A DNA stretch of 63,199 bases, filler included, from Octopus bimaculoides (lineage: Eukaryota), in assembly GCF_001194135.2 (NCBI RefSeq). It is 6 parts of 6 records of this genome, joined end to end, with 100 filler letters (N's around TTAATTAATTAA, not from the genome) between each part and the next. Parts side by side here need not be neighbours in the genome. Positions count along the whole stretch, not along the records: positions 61,092 to 63,199 come from NW_026300493.1; 5 more parts are not named here. One strand, 5' to 3'. The notes under the pieces are model-generated. The model was not told the origin of the DNA. It saw only the letters and a program-made list of their open reading frames with translations, and searched no databases. Shown here in pieces: positions 62,546 through 63,199 of this stretch; position 1 is the first letter of the stretch, and the number at the start of each line of letters is the position of its first letter. The position numbers and the translations under genes were made by a program.

Positions 62546-63199
62546 CATTCAACGACGGTAGTGGTTGAATATATTCTTAAGTCCACCATTTCATCAATCG
62601 CAGCAGCTTTCAAGCTTCACCACTAATTCAGTTCTCAACTAAATTGCAAACTGTTAACAGTTTGAAAGAGGACACCTCTTCAGTTACACTTAGGCATAAA
62701 TAGTTTGAGATTTGGTTCAGAAAAAAGTTACATCAAAATATCTACGATCTCAAGGGGGCCAGTAAGGCAGCTATTCACCTTCAATTACCTTAAACTTTTT
62801 AATTTTAAAATAAAAGTATACCTTTCTTGGGCTTAAATGATAGAAAAATGCATGAGGAATTCAGAATCACTAGTTGCATTGCACGAAATTTAGTAGAAAT
62901 AGAGTTATGAGGTAAAATGTTACAAAATTTCCTGTCAGTAAGTAAGGAAGTAAGGGAGTAACGCTTCAGCTATTAGAATTAAGAATATATTTCTAAAATC
63001 AATGTTTGCTTTCTAAAGCAGCAAGCTGACCGAAACGTTAGCGCGCTAGGTGAAATACTTAACTGTATTTCGTCTCTCTTTATTTTTTTGAGTTCAAATT
63101 TCGCCGAGGTCGACTTTGATGTACAGATTATTTCATTAATTTTTTTTTGACTAAACACTTTCAAACTTCTGATACTGGTAGAATGTGTCACATAGAACA

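Overview
AT-rich, repeat-dense eukaryotic genomic DNA. The tRNA-derived SINE families, RTE tails and microsatellite load look like an octopus (coleoid cephalopod) draft genome; this is inferred from memory of the repeat families, not from a search. The window has many N-gaps and five artificial 100-bp linkers (44N-TTAATTAATTAA-44N), so order and orientation across those joins are uncertain. There is no complete gene. Three isolated minus-strand coding exons are recognisable: the first coding exon of lethal(2) giant larvae (43925-43842), the terminal exon of SPRYD3 (26470-26336), and a Cys-rich three-finger (Ly6/uPAR, LYPD6-like spacing) exon (20978-20795). The rest is transposon debris: three SINE families, two RTE LINEs (one with twin-priming-like 5' inversion geometry), L1/Tx1 ORF1, a CR1/Jockey-group RT tail, an R4/Dong-like RLE endonuclease, several Penelope-like fragments (one with pseudo-LTRs, one with a minimal hammerhead-like motif), a DD36E-spaced Tc1, a Tigger-like element and a Helitron-like element. 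Two large inverted repeats stand out (about 1-kb arms at 16.8-19.5 kb and a 246-bp hairpin at 61.4 kb). Nearly all ORF-track entries are microsatellite or N-gap artefacts. Repeat boundaries were placed by eye and are approximate.
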